In this document: piece after piece, positions 1 to 8,173 of the stretch
Numbering within the stretch: the stretch's first letter is position 1
Layout: each line of letters begins with the position of its first letter
Notes under the pieces: generated by a model
What the model was told of the DNA's origin: nothing
Databases searched by the model: none
What the model saw: the letters and a program-made list of their open reading frames with translations, nothing else
DNA from: an uncultured bacterium
Lineage (GTDB): Bacteria > Omnitrophota > Gorgyraeia > Duberdicusellales > CBEUCJ01
Direction: 5' to 3'
Length of the DNA stretch: 24,000 bases
Assembly (NCBI GenBank): GCA_965541615.1
Contig: CBEUCJ010000004.1
Coordinates: forward strand, 149,478 to 173,477
Made by a program: the position numbers and the translations under genes

Positions 1-1
1 C

Positions 2-616
2 TATGAGTTTATCTATATTCTTTTAGGATTTCATCCTCATTATGCAAAAGATTTTAAAAATGAAATCTTAGAGTTTTACAAAGATTTACTTAGAAAAGAA
101 AAGAAGATAGTAGGAATAGGAGAAGTTGGATTAGATTTTTACAAAAACCTTTCTCCTAAAAATATACAAATCAATGTCTTTGAAAAATTTTTGGAGTTAG
201 CTATGCAATACAAACTTCCTTTAGTTATCCATTTGAGAGAAGCTGAATCTGAAGCAGAGAGAATACTAAATAATTATAAATTTAATTCACCTGTAATAAT
301 GCATTGTTTTTCACATTCATATAGATTTTTTGAGTATTGTCTTGAGAGAGGATTTTATTTAAGCTTTGCAGGAAACATAACTTATCCTCAAAATAATCTT
401 TTGAGAGAGATTTTAAAGAAAACCCCTTTAGATAGACTTCTTTTAGAGACAGATTCTCCTTATCTTACTCCTCAAGAGAAGAGAGGTTTAAGAAATGAAC
501 CCAGTTTTATAATTTATACTTTAAGATTTGTCTCTGAACTTATAAATTTGGAAGAAAAGAAATTAGAGAAAATAATTGAAGAAAATTCAAAAAAAGCTTT
601 TATGATAAACAGATGA
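2..616 (+). CDS. tatD: TatD-family metal-dependent hydrolase (5' end lies outside the window)
   Basis: The frame is open from nt 2, upstream of the listed ATG at 191. Translation reads YEFIYILLGFHPHYAKDF...IVGIGEVGLDFY...PLVIHLREAE...MHCFS...LLLETDSPYL, which contains the typical TatD motifs (GFHPH, GExGLD, xHxR, HCF, ETDxPYL). Confidence 0.8.
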   Translation, partial: YEFIYILLGFHPHYAKDFKNEILEFYKDLLRKEKKIVGIGEVGLDFYKNLSPKNIQINVFEKFLELAMQYKLPLVIHLREAESEAERILNNYKFNSPVIMHCFSHSYRFFEYCLERGFYLSFAGNITYPQNNLLREILKKTPLDRLLLETDSPYLTPQEKRGLRNEPSFIIYTLRFVSELINLEEKKLEKIIEENSKKAFMINR

Positions 617-1647
617 AAGGATTTAAGACTCTTTATTTTAAATCAGGTTTTCTTTATATTTTAGATCAAAAAAAACTCCCTCAAAAATTAAGTTATATAA
701 AATGTAAAACTGTAAAGGATGTATTTAGAGCTATTAAAAACATGCATGTAAGAGGAGCTCCAGCTATTGGAGTAGCTGCTGGATTTGGAGTATATTTAGG
801 TATAAAAAATGAAAAGAAATACATCTATAAAAAAGCAAAACAGAGTATAGAATTATTAAAGAAATCTAGACCCACAGCTAGGAATCTCTTTTGGGTATTA
901 GAGAGAATGGAAAAAATTTTAGAGGAAAACAAAACTATTGCTCTGAATGCGCTTAAAAAAAAGATTTTGAAAGAAGCTAAAACTATCTATGAATGGGAGA
1001 AAAAGGTAGCTTACCAGATAGGAAAAGAAGGTGCTAAACTCATAAAAAAGGGAGATAGGATTCTTACTATATGCAATGCTGGAGCATTAGCTACTGTAGA
1101 TTGGGGGACTGCTTTAAGTGTAATTTACATAGCTTCAAAGAATAAAAAGAATATAAAAGTTTATGCTTTAGAGACAAGACCTTTATTACAAGGTGCAAGA
1201 TTAACCTGTTGGGAGTTAAAAAGAGAAGGAGTAAATACAATTCTTATTTGTGATAATGCAGCTGCTAAATTGATGGCTGAAGGAAAGATAGACAAAATCA
1301 TAGTAGGAGCTGATAGGATAACTTTGAATGGAGATACAGCCAATAAAATTGGTACTTTAAATTTGGCAATTTTAGCAAAGTATTTTAATATTCCTTTTTA
1401 TGTAGCAGCTCCTACTTCTACTTTTGATCTTTCTTTAGAAACAGGTTCTCAAATTCCTATAGAAGAAAGAGATAAAAAAGAAGTACTTTTTATAAATAAT
1501 AAACCCATAGCTCCTTTAGATGTAAAAGTTTATAACCCAGCTTTTGATGTTACTCCTCATACTTTAATAACAGCATTCATAACAGAAAGAGGAATTATAC
1601 AAAGACCTTTCAGAAGAAATATTCTGAAAACTTTTAAGGAAAGATGA
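613..1647 (+). CDS. mtnA: S-methyl-5-thioribose-1-phosphate isomerase (eIF-2B alpha/beta/delta-like family)
   Basis: Motifs VRGAPAIGVAAGFG, ICNAGALAT, ETRPLLQGARLTCWEL and GADRITLNGDTANKIGT are present. The length of 344 aa fits. The start overlaps the tatD stop (ATGA). Confidence 0.8.
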   Translation: MKGFKTLYFKSGFLYILDQKKLPQKLSYIKCKTVKDVFRAIKNMHVRGAPAIGVAAGFGVYLGIKNEKKYIYKKAKQSIELLKKSRPTARNLFWVLERMEKILEENKTIALNALKKKILKEAKTIYEWEKKVAYQIGKEGAKLIKKGDRILTICNAGALATVDWGTALSVIYIASKNKKNIKVYALETRPLLQGARLTCWELKREGVNTILICDNAAAKLMAEGKIDKIIVGADRITLNGDTANKIGTLNLAILAKYFNIPFYVAAPTSTFDLSLETGSQIPIEERDKKEVLFINNKPIAPLDVKVYNPAFDVTPHTLITAFITERGIIQRPFRRNILKTFKER

Positions 1648-2525
1648 TAGGTTCTAATTTAGAATTGGATTTGGTAAAAAGATTAGAAAAAATAAATTTT
1701 AAAGATAAATTTCTAGTAAAGGGAATAGGTGATGATTGTGCAGTTATAAAATATTTAGGTGATTATTATCTTTTAATTTCTAGTGATGTTTCAGTAAACA
1801 AAGTTCATTTTGATTTGAAGAAAGATCCTTTAAAATTTATTTTAGAAAAAGCAGTTTTAAGTAGTGTTTCAGATATTTTAGCTTGTGGAGGAAGACCTTT
1901 ATACTTGATTTTGAGTGCAGCTTTTCCTAAAGATATTTTGAAAAAGTATAAAGAGATAATAGAGATTTTAAAAAAAATAAGTAAAAAATTTAATTTAAAG
2001 CTTATAGGAGGAGATACGAGTAAAGCTCAAACTGCTTTTATAGATGCAACTGTTATTGGTTTGGTGAGAAAAAAAGAGCTTCTTTTGAGAGATAATGTGA
2101 ATTTGGGAGATAAGATTTTTGTCACAGGCACTTTAGGAAAAGGAAAGTTTAAAAAATGGAAATTAAGATATAAAGAAGTAGAGTTGATTAAAAAATACAG
2201 TCCTAAAGGAGTAATAGATATAACAGATGGTTTAGTCTTAGATTTATATAGAGTTTTAAGCAAGAAAAAGTTAGGAGCTTATCTCTATAAAGAAAATATT
2301 CCTTTATTTAAAAAAGCTAGTTTGGAAGACGCTCTATTTTGGGGAGAAGATTTTGAGATTCTTTTTTTCTTATCATCTCAAAAAACTAAAACCTTTTTAA
2401 ATTCAGAAGATTTTAAAAAAGCTAAATTTTCTTTTATTGGAGAAGTAATACCAGAAAAAGCTATTTACTTAAAAGATAAAAGTTCCAAAAAAAAGCTACC
2501 TATAAAAGGCTATTTACATTTCTAA
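1644..2525 (+). CDS. thiL: Thiamine-monophosphate kinase (AIR-synthase-related fold)
   Basis: An N-terminal GIGDDCAVI motif, DILACGGRPLYL and LIGGDTS are present, and the size (293 aa) fits ThiL. There is an ATGA overlap with mtnA. Confidence 0.7.
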   Translation: MIGSNLELDLVKRLEKINFKDKFLVKGIGDDCAVIKYLGDYYLLISSDVSVNKVHFDLKKDPLKFILEKAVLSSVSDILACGGRPLYLILSAAFPKDILKKYKEIIEILKKISKKFNLKLIGGDTSKAQTAFIDATVIGLVRKKELLLRDNVNLGDKIFVTGTLGKGKFKKWKLRYKEVELIKKYSPKGVIDITDGLVLDLYRVLSKKKLGAYLYKENIPLFKKASLEDALFWGEDFEILFFLSSQKTKTFLNSEDFKKAKFSFIGEVIPEKAIYLKDKSSKKKLPIKGYLHF

Positions 2526-2526
2526 A

Positions 2527-2988
2527 ATGGTTTTAAACTCAGATTCTTACAAAGATACTCTTTTTATAGCACAAACTTTAGGTAATTTCTTAAAAGAAAA
2601 GGATGTCGTTTTGTTTTCAGGAGAGTTAGGTGCAGGAAAGACTACATTCATAAAAGGAATATGTAAGGCAAAAGGTGTAAATTTTAACAGAGTAAATTCC
2701 CCTTCTTTTGTAATTTTAAATATTTATGAAGGCAAAATAAAAATATTCCATTTTGATTTCTTTAGATTAGATACTTATCAAATCTTAGACTTAGGAATCT
2801 ACGATTATTTAGAAGAAAATGCTCTTTTTTTAATAGAATGGTCTTGTAAGATTAAAGAATTTTTGGAAAGAAAAGATATTGAGGTAGAGTTAGAGTATTT
2901 AGATTTAAATAGAAGAAAGATAACATTTAGATATTTTTCAAAAAGGGGAAAAAATATTTTAGAAGGATTCAAAAAAGCTTTAAAATGA
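2527..2988 (+). CDS. tsaE: tRNA t6A37 threonylcarbamoyl-transfer ATPase TsaE (YjeE)
   Basis: The Walker A motif GELGAGKTTFIKG is present, followed by SPSFVILN and HFDFFRL. The 153-aa size is typical of TsaE. Confidence 0.85.
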   Translation: MVLNSDSYKDTLFIAQTLGNFLKEKDVVLFSGELGAGKTTFIKGICKAKGVNFNRVNSPSFVILNIYEGKIKIFHFDFFRLDTYQILDLGIYDYLEENALFLIEWSCKIKEFLERKDIEVELEYLDLNRRKITFRYFSKRGKNILEGFKKALK

Positions 2989-3650
2989 AAGCATTCTGTT
3001 TGGAAATGTCAAATTCTAAAAATTTAGTTTTAGCATTTAAGAACGATGATTCAGAATATTTTGTAGAGTTAAAGACTCAAATCTATAAATCAGAGATTGT
3101 ATGGGATTTGGTAAAGGAAGGTTTTGAGAGAATAAATTTAGTGCCTTCTGATTTAGATTTTATAGGAACAGGTTTAGGGCCAGGTTCTTTTACAGGCTTA
3201 AGAGTAGGTTTAAGCATAATAAAAGGGATAGCTTTAAGTTTAAATATTCCTGTAGTAGGTGTTAGCAGTTTTGATCTGTTAGCTAAAGGTGTTTTTTTTA
3301 ATGGGAGACTGTGTATTCTTTTTGATGCTAAGAAAGGATTGTTTTACACAGCTATTTATACTAAAGATTTTAAATTAAGGAAAGTATTAAAAGAGTCTTT
3401 AAAAACTTTAGATGATTTAAAAAAGATCTTGGAACCTGGAATTTTTATTTTAGGTGATGGAGTAAAGTTATTAAATAAAAAGTTTATTAAAAGATTTAAA
3501 GTTCTTGAAGAAGATTTTTCCTATGTAAATCCCAGAGTGCTCTTAAATGAATGCATAAATAGATTTAAAAAGAAGAGGTTTTTAAAATTAGAGAGATTAA
3601 AACCTTTGTACTTACACCCATTAGAATGTCAAGCGGCAAAAGCTTTTTAA
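2985..3650 (+). CDS. tsaB: tRNA t6A37 biosynthesis protein TsaB (YeaZ)
   Basis: The motif GTGLGPGSFTGLRVGLSIIKGIA is present. The protein is 221 aa and sits immediately after tsaE with an ATGA overlap. Confidence 0.8.
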   Translation: MKAFCLEMSNSKNLVLAFKNDDSEYFVELKTQIYKSEIVWDLVKEGFERINLVPSDLDFIGTGLGPGSFTGLRVGLSIIKGIALSLNIPVVGVSSFDLLAKGVFFNGRLCILFDAKKGLFYTAIYTKDFKLRKVLKESLKTLDDLKKILEPGIFILGDGVKLLNKKFIKRFKVLEEDFSYVNPRVLLNECINRFKKKRFLKLERLKPLYLHPLECQAAKAF

Positions 3651-4750
3651 GTTGGGCAGAGATAGATTTAAAAGCTTTAAGAGATAATTTTTTGAATTTA
3701 AGGAAGTATTTACCTCCGCAAGTAAAAATTTTAGTTACAGTAAAAAAAGATGCTTATGGACATGGAATTTTAGAGATAAGCAGAGAACTCCAAAAATTAG
3801 GCTGTGATTTTTTAGGTATAAATGGGATAGAAGAAGCTCAAATTTTAAGGAAAAATAATATAACTCTTCCCATATTGAACTTAGGATTAATTCTAGATAA
3901 ATACCAGGCAGAAGAGATTTTAAGACTAAATGTATCTCAAACTGTAAGTAGCATAAAAATATGTAAAATTTTAAATGGATTAGCTTCTAAATTTAAAAAG
4001 AGACAAGCTGTGCATTTAAAAATAGATACAGGTATGAGAAGGTTAGGTATTCATATAAAAAAGTTAAAGAGTTTCTTAAAAGATTTTAAGAAATTTGAGA
4101 ATCTATATTTAGAAGGAGTCTTTACTCATTTTCCAAGTGCAGATATAGATAAAGAATTCACGTTAGCGCAGATAAGAGAGTTTAAAAAGATCATAAAAGA
4201 TATAGAAGAATCTGGTCTTCATCCTAAATTTTACCACTCTTCAAATAGTGCAGGTCTATTAAGATTTAAAAAAGCCTATTTTAATATGGTAAGACCAGGT
4301 TTGTTAATCTATGGAATAAATCCTTTGGATAAAAAGATAGGTTTAGACTTAAAACCTGTAATGAGCGTAAAGAGCAGAGTGATCTTTGAGAGGATAGTCA
4401 ATAAAGGAGAAGGGATAAGTTATCATCAGACTTACATTGCAAAAAGGAGGATGAAAGTTTATACCATAGCTATTGGGTATGGCGATGGTTTACCTTTTCT
4501 CTTATCGAACAGAGGCAGAGTCTTGATTAAAGATAAGTTTTATAAAATAGTAGGAAGGGTTTGTATGGATTTTATAATGTGTAAAGCTCCATTAAAAGAA
4601 AATATAAAAATAGGTCAAGAAGTAATTATTATGGGAAAGAGTATGAATAAAGAGATAAGATGCCAAGATATAGCAAAGTTAGCACAAACTATTCCTTATG
4701 AGATCTTATGTAGGTTTGGAAGTTCTCTTAAAAGGAAATACATAAAATAA
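3626..4750 (+). CDS. alr: Alanine racemase
   Basis: WAEIDLKALRDNF at the N-terminus, the PLP-lysine motif VKKDAYGHG, HLKIDTGMRRLG, VRPGLLIYG, GYGDG and GRVCMD are all present. The gene overlaps the tsaB 3' end by 25 nt. Confidence 0.9.
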   Translation: MSSGKSFLSWAEIDLKALRDNFLNLRKYLPPQVKILVTVKKDAYGHGILEISRELQKLGCDFLGINGIEEAQILRKNNITLPILNLGLILDKYQAEEILRLNVSQTVSSIKICKILNGLASKFKKRQAVHLKIDTGMRRLGIHIKKLKSFLKDFKKFENLYLEGVFTHFPSADIDKEFTLAQIREFKKIIKDIEESGLHPKFYHSSNSAGLLRFKKAYFNMVRPGLLIYGINPLDKKIGLDLKPVMSVKSRVIFERIVNKGEGISYHQTYIAKRRMKVYTIAIGYGDGLPFLLSNRGRVLIKDKFYKIVGRVCMDFIMCKAPLKENIKIGQEVIIMGKSMNKEIRCQDIAKLAQTIPYEILCRFGSSLKRKYIK

Positions 4751-4752
4751 CT

Positions 4753-5820
4753 CTAATTGAGACTTAAAAAATTTAATATCCCCCACAAACAAGCCAAAAA
4801 AGGAAGGAGCCAACAACTTAAGAAAGGATTTAGAAAACCTGTTTTTCCCAAAGCCACACTTATGCTTAAAGCTACATAGAATACAAATGAACACAACACA
4901 CTCATTCCTAAATTTGAAAGAAGATAAGTAGTTTTTTTAATTCTCAAGAAAATCCCTAAAAAAGTAAGGTTTAAAAATATAGGTAAAAAACATATTACAT
5001 ATTTCTTATTTAACTCTGCAATTAAGTTTTTGGCTATCTCATAAGCATTTATTTTTTTAAAATACTTTATTTTTTCTTTTAATATTTTAGTAGGTAAAAT
5101 TTCAAAAGGTCCACTCCTTAACATTAACTTTTGAGGAGGAGGAAGATGTAATTTTAGTTCATTGTAAAAGAAGATAGGTTTTTCAGAGGAGAAAAGATCA
5201 GAAACACTTACTTTCTTTAATATCCATTTTTTATCTTTATAGATTCCTTCTTGAGCATATATTTTTTTAAAATTATTCTGATCAAAGACTAAGATACCTT
5301 TTGCTAAGTTTTTTTTAAGATGAAATTCACTGATTATGATTGCCTGTCCTTTTTCACTGAAATTCATGATGTCTTTAAGAACTTGTTTTTTCTGGATCTT
5401 TTGCGAGAAGATTGTAGACTTTAATTCTTTGTATTTTTTTGAGATTTCTGGTAGCCAATATTCACAAAAGTAAAGAGAAAATAAAGAGAGCAAAAAAAGA
5501 AAGATTATAATAGGAATAATTATTTTAAAATTACTAATCCCAAAGCTCCTCAAAGCTAATATTTCATTATTTTTATTTAATTCAGTTAAACAAAAGGCAT
5601 TAGCTACCACAGAACTTAAAGGAATAAAGATAGCTATACTTAAGGAAGCCAAATTGAAAAGATAGTATTTAGCTAACCTTAAAAAGTTTATCTTATGCTT
5701 TATTATCTCATCTATATTCGATAGAGAATCACACAGAATGTAAAAAAAAGCAAAGAAGATATAAGAGAATAAAAAGGAGAATAAGAATTTTTTAAAGATA
5801 TACTTTTGGTATATTTTCAT
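4753..5820 (-). CDS. lptG: LPS export ABC permease, LptF/LptG (YjgP/YjgQ) family; second gene of the pair
   Basis: The protein is 355 aa and polytopic, with three N-terminal TM segments, a central soluble beta-jellyroll-sized region and C-terminal TM segments. The N-terminus MKIYQKYIFKKFL... is typical of the family. The G versus F assignment rests only on gene order. Confidence 0.7.
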   Translation of the reverse strand: MKIYQKYIFKKFLFSFLFSYIFFAFFYILCDSLSNIDEIIKHKINFLRLAKYYLFNLASLSIAIFIPLSSVVANAFCLTELNKNNEILALRSFGISNFKIIIPIIIFLFLLSLFSLYFCEYWLPEISKKYKELKSTIFSQKIQKKQVLKDIMNFSEKGQAIIISEFHLKKNLAKGILVFDQNNFKKIYAQEGIYKDKKWILKKVSVSDLFSSEKPIFFYNELKLHLPPPQKLMLRSGPFEILPTKILKEKIKYFKKINAYEIAKNLIAELNKKYVICFLPIFLNLTFLGIFLRIKKTTYLLSNLGMSVLCSFVFYVALSISVALGKTGFLNPFLSCWLLPFLACLWGILNFLSLN

Positions 5821-6866
5821 CTCCTAAATACTTTCAAACTGAATGTGAAAAGAAACAGATGTGGTAAGAACAATATAAAAGGAGTAACTTTTTTTTGTGA
5901 AGCCAATCCTACTAAAAATAAAAAGAAAGCATAGAATAAACTACTTACCAAGAATCCCAACAAGATATTTAAGGATTTACTTCTTATATGTAACTTTTGA
6001 GCTACATTTACTCCAAATAATATAAAAAAGAAAGGAAAAAGCCCCATACTAATTCTTTTAACCATTTCTAATTTCACACCTAATATATCTTTTTTATACT
6101 TTAAAAGCATTTTTAATTCAGAGAATTTCATATCTTTTAATTTTTTAGAGATACTTCTTTCTTTTTTCAAATCTAAATTCAAAAACATGTTATCAAACCT
6201 TACTTTTATAAATCTATTTGGATATTGGGGGTTTATTTCATCGTAAACCCCATCATGTAATTTTAATTTCACTTTACCTTCATCTTTTAAATATAAAAAT
6301 TCAGCTTCTTTTGAGAATATAGTTCTCTTACTATTTTTCTCATAAATGAATACATTGAACAATTTATTATCTCTTACTTCATACACAAATATTAAAAAGC
6401 CTTTAAAGTTATCTATAAAACTTGCAGGTTCAAATAAAATAGTAGGATTCTTTTTTAAGATCTCTTTTAAAGCTTTACGTTGTTTAAAGTGCATAGAAGG
6501 AATAAAATCTAAATATAAATAGATGCTAAAGAAAGAGAGCAGAACCCCTAAGATTAATAAAGGCAAGACTATTTTTAAAAAACTAAGGCCAGCTGTCTTT
6601 AAAGCTAAGATCTCATTGTCTTGAGACATCCTTCCTATAGATAAAAAACATGCCAATAAGCAAGAAGTAGGTATACTGTAATTTAAAGAAGAGAAGATTC
6701 CCCATAATAAAGATTTGAATGCATTTACCAAAGGTAGACCTTTTCTAATTACAGAATCTGCTAATACAAAAAGATTTCCGAGAAAAAAGAGTCCAAAAAA
6801 GAGCATCAGAGATATTAAAAAAGACCATAAAAATTCAAGTACAATATACTGATTAGCTAATCTCAT
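5817..6866 (-). CDS. lptF: LPS export ABC permease, LptF/LptG (YjgP/YjgQ) family; first gene of the pair
   Basis: The protein is 349 aa with the same architecture as its neighbour. It contains MRLANQYIVLEFLWSF... and EILALKTAGLS. There is an ATGA overlap with the downstream paralogue. Confidence 0.7.
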   Translation of the reverse strand: MRLANQYIVLEFLWSFLISLMLFFGLFFLGNLFVLADSVIRKGLPLVNAFKSLLWGIFSSLNYSIPTSCLLACFLSIGRMSQDNEILALKTAGLSFLKIVLPLLILGVLLSFFSIYLYLDFIPSMHFKQRKALKEILKKNPTILFEPASFIDNFKGFLIFVYEVRDNKLFNVFIYEKNSKRTIFSKEAEFLYLKDEGKVKLKLHDGVYDEINPQYPNRFIKVRFDNMFLNLDLKKERSISKKLKDMKFSELKMLLKYKKDILGVKLEMVKRISMGLFPFFFILFGVNVAQKLHIRSKSLNILLGFLVSSLFYAFFLFLVGLASQKKVTPFILFLPHLFLFTFSLKVFRR

Positions 6867-7566
6867 TACGCGCCAGACTAAATACGTAAACTTTTTTGAT
6901 ACCTTTTTCTTTTAAAACTTTTGCTGCTTCATTTACTGTAGAACAGGTAGTTAATACATCGTCTACTAATAAAATTGTTTTAAGGTTTAAATCTTTAGCA
7001 AAAAATCTTCCCTTTATATTTTCTTTTCTTTCTCTTTTATTTAATCTGATTTGCGGTCTGTAGTATTCTTTTACTCTTATAGCATCTATTACAGGTTTTC
7101 TGAAGATTTCAGCTATAATTTCAGCTATTATCTTTGCATGGTTGTATTCTCTGTCTTTTAATTTTAAAGGATGCATAGGAATGAAGGTGATTCCTTCAAA
7201 AGGTAAATTAGATAGCAAATACGAATTTTCTTTTATCTTTTCTTTAAAAAATTCTTTTAAAAATGTATAATGCTTGTATTTGAGAAGATGGATGATTGTT
7301 TTTACTGGCTCTCTGTATAAAAACAAAGAGATAGCTTTATCAAAAAAAGGTTTATTTTTATAGCATTCACTACATAATCCAGAGGTATTCAGATTTTTTA
7401 AAGGTAAAGAGCATATCCTGCACAAAGGAGGCTTAATCTTAGGAAGTTTTTGAGAGCACTCATTACAAAGAGCAAATTCATACTCATTTAACTTTTTTTT
7501 ACATACTATGCATATTTTAGGAAAGAATACATTAACTAAATTTTTTAAAAGTTCTTTTAAATTCAT
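6853..7566 (-). CDS. ComF-family protein (double zinc ribbon plus phosphoribosyltransferase domain)
   Basis: Cys pairs CIVCKK...CNEC and CRICSLP...CSEC are followed by a C-terminal PRT motif ILLVDDVLTTCST. I place the start at the internal ATG at 7566 (MNLKELLKNLVNVFFPKICIVC). The ORF-track start at 7722 would overlap pyrE and the promoter region. Confidence 0.7.
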   Translation of the reverse strand: MNLKELLKNLVNVFFPKICIVCKKKLNEYEFALCNECSQKLPKIKPPLCRICSLPLKNLNTSGLCSECYKNKPFFDKAISLFLYREPVKTIIHLLKYKHYTFLKEFFKEKIKENSYLLSNLPFEGITFIPMHPLKLKDREYNHAKIIAEIIAEIFRKPVIDAIRVKEYYRPQIRLNKRERKENIKGRFFAKDLNLKTILLVDDVLTTCSTVNEAAKVLKEKGIKKVYVFSLARNEIS

Positions 7567-7573
7567 CTTGCAA

Positions 7574-7624
7574 ATTTTAACATTTAGGTTTTTGTTTGTC
7601 AAAAAAGGAATTAATAGGTAAAAT
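7574..7624. promoter_or_regulatory. Bidirectional sigma70-type promoter sharing one -35 palindrome (comF-lptFG operon leftwards, pyrE-maf operon rightwards)
   Basis: On the + strand, TTGTCA (7596-7601), a 17-nt spacer and TAAAAT (7619-7624) precede the pyrE ATG at 7634. On the - strand, TTGACA (7602->7597), a 17-nt spacer and TAAAAT (7579->7574) precede the comF-like ATG at 7566. Both -35 hexamers come from TTTGTCAAA (7595-7603). Confidence 0.55.
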
Positions 7625-7633
7625 TTAGAGAGT

Positions 7634-8173
7634 ATGAAAAAGTCTCTTAAACTTTTAAATTTAATTAAGAAAAAAGCTTTTTTTAAAAAGAAAGTTAAAC
7701 TCTCTTCCGGAAGAATTAGCAATTACTATATAGATGCTAGGTTGATAACCTTAGATTCAGAAGGATTATGGTTAATTACTAAAACCATTTTTTCTTTTAT
7801 TAAAAAAAATAAGATAACCTGTGTAGGAGGCCCTACCTTAGGAGCTGATCCTATAATAGGAGCTTTGCTTTTATATTCAAAGATGAGAGGTTACAAATTG
7901 AAAGGATTTATAGTGCGTAAGGAAAGGAAATCTCATGGTATGAAAAGATTAATTGAGGGAGAGTTTCCAGACAAAAAAGATAAAGTTTTAATAATAGATG
8001 ATGTGGTTACTACAGGAAATTCTCTTTTAAAAGTAATAGAGATTTTGAAGAGAAAAGGCATTAAAATATTTGGTTGTTGTTGTATAGTAGATAGACAAGA
8101 AGGAGCTCAAGAGCTTTTAGAAAAGAAGAAAATACCACTTTTTTCTATTTTTACTCTTTCTGATCTTAAATGA
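7634..8173 (+). CDS. pyrE: Orotate phosphoribosyltransferase
   Basis: The protein is 179 aa, with FKKKVKLSSGRISNYYID (typical F.L.SG..S.yY.D) and the PRPP loop VLIIDDVVTTGNS. Confidence 0.8.
   Translation: MKKSLKLLNLIKKKAFFKKKVKLSSGRISNYYIDARLITLDSEGLWLITKTIFSFIKKNKITCVGGPTLGADPIIGALLLYSKMRGYKLKGFIVRKERKSHGMKRLIEGEFPDKKDKVLIIDDVVTTGNSLLKVIEILKRKGIKIFGCCCIVDRQEGAQELLEKKKIPLFSIFTLSDLK

Noticed and set aside
7567-7722. 52-aa N-terminal extension of the comF-like ORF given in the ORF track (start at 7722)
   Set aside because: The extension would run through the divergent promoter and overlap the first 89 nt of pyrE. The extension sequence is low-complexity F/L/K. The internal Met at 7566 sits immediately before the conserved zinc-ribbon N-terminus and directly downstream of a consensus promoter.
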